A program made the translations under genes and the position numbers. The notes beneath the pieces are model-generated. The model was not told where the DNA came from and did not search any database. It saw only the letters and a program-made list of their open reading frames with translations. DNA of 64,000 bases from Candidatus Omnitrophota bacterium (GTDB lineage: Bacteria; Omnitrophota; Gorgyraeia; S143-82): the NCBI GenBank assembly GCA_015494465.1, contig WGBD01000008.1, forward strand, positions 3,485 to 67,484, in the 5' to 3' direction. Shown piece after piece: positions 63,762 to 64,000 of the stretch. Positions within the stretch are counted from its first letter, which is position 1; each line of letters opens with the position of its first letter.

Positions 63762-64000
63762 CTATCCCAACCTCCTCCACAGGTCCTCCAACTCTCGGGA
63801 GACCTCCTCCAGCAACGCGATGTTGCGGGCGTAGTCCATGCGCATAGGTCCCAAGAGACCCAATCGGGCCTCTCTACCCTCGACCTTTCCGCAGTAGGAG
63901 ATCAAGAGTGCACAATCGCGGGTCTCGGGCATCCCTATTTCTTCACCGATGAAGACATCCACCCGATCCCGCAGATCCCTCCAGAACAGCTCGTACAACA
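63762..64000 (-). CDS. hrcA: Heat-inducible transcription repressor HrcA, 3' end only; the gene continues beyond the right edge of the window
   Basis: The C-terminal HrcA segment (LLGPMRMDYARNIALLEEV) sits immediately upstream of grpE-dnaK-dnaJ. The ORF-track Met at 63998 is internal. Confidence 0.75.
   Translation of the reverse strand, partial: LYELFWRDLRDRVDVFIGEEIGMPETRDCALLISYCGKVEGREARLGLLGPMRMDYARNIALLEEVSRELEDLWRRLG

Noticed and set aside
63996-63998. Met codon listed as the start of the terminal ORF at 63762..63998
   Set aside because: The HrcA-like reading frame continues open to the window edge at 64000. The real hrcA start is outside the window, so the feature is reported as partial and the internal Met is not used as a start.

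Overview
This is a bacterial chromosomal segment of about 57-60% GC, densely coded and mostly on the minus strand. A well-conserved housekeeping backbone runs through it: murA, two-subunit class I fumarate hydratase, metK, a sugar-phosphate nucleotidyltransferase, ptsI/ptsH, a GH57 glucanotransferase, carA/carB, dapA, uvrA, coaD, ruvA, hisA, an Lrp regulator, secA, a TtuA-like tRNA thiolase, and the hrcA-grpE-dnaK-dnaJ operon.

That backbone is interrupted between dapA and uvrA (about 28.4-41.7 kb) by a markedly AT-richer island. Protein A in the island is about 47% GC against about 57% for its paralog outside it. The island carries:
- four radical SAM enzymes, two with SPASM-like Cys clusters and one with an N-terminal RRE-like domain;
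- two paralogous GT-B glycosyltransferases, a DegT-family sugar aminotransferase, and a DUF2334/deacetylase-like protein;
- an A24 prepilin-peptidase-like membrane protease;
- two tandem small precursor-like peptides.

The two peptides pair a Flp-prepilin-like leader (FLxDESG) with His/Ser/Cys-rich cores containing His-Xaa-Ser triplets. They are translationally coupled to the RRE-containing rSAM/SPASM enzyme. This looks like an undescribed RiPP-like (His-Xaa-Ser-system-like) maturation cassette in which a class-III-signal/prepilin peptidase would process the leader.

Outside the island, the unusual items are:
- a secreted Memo-AMMECR1 fusion;
- an M1 aminopeptidase fused to an Omp85-type beta-barrel;
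- a giant GspK-like, lamin-tail-domain, HhH protein;
- a degenerate YchF paralog;
- a 1348-aa HAD plus CofD/YvcK-like protein;
- a two-member secreted family sharing a 'VYYPSPYGEY' N-terminal module.

No tRNA, rRNA, CRISPR array or transposase/integrase was recognised. All calls rest on reading the translated ORFs and the nucleotide context; no database searches were run.
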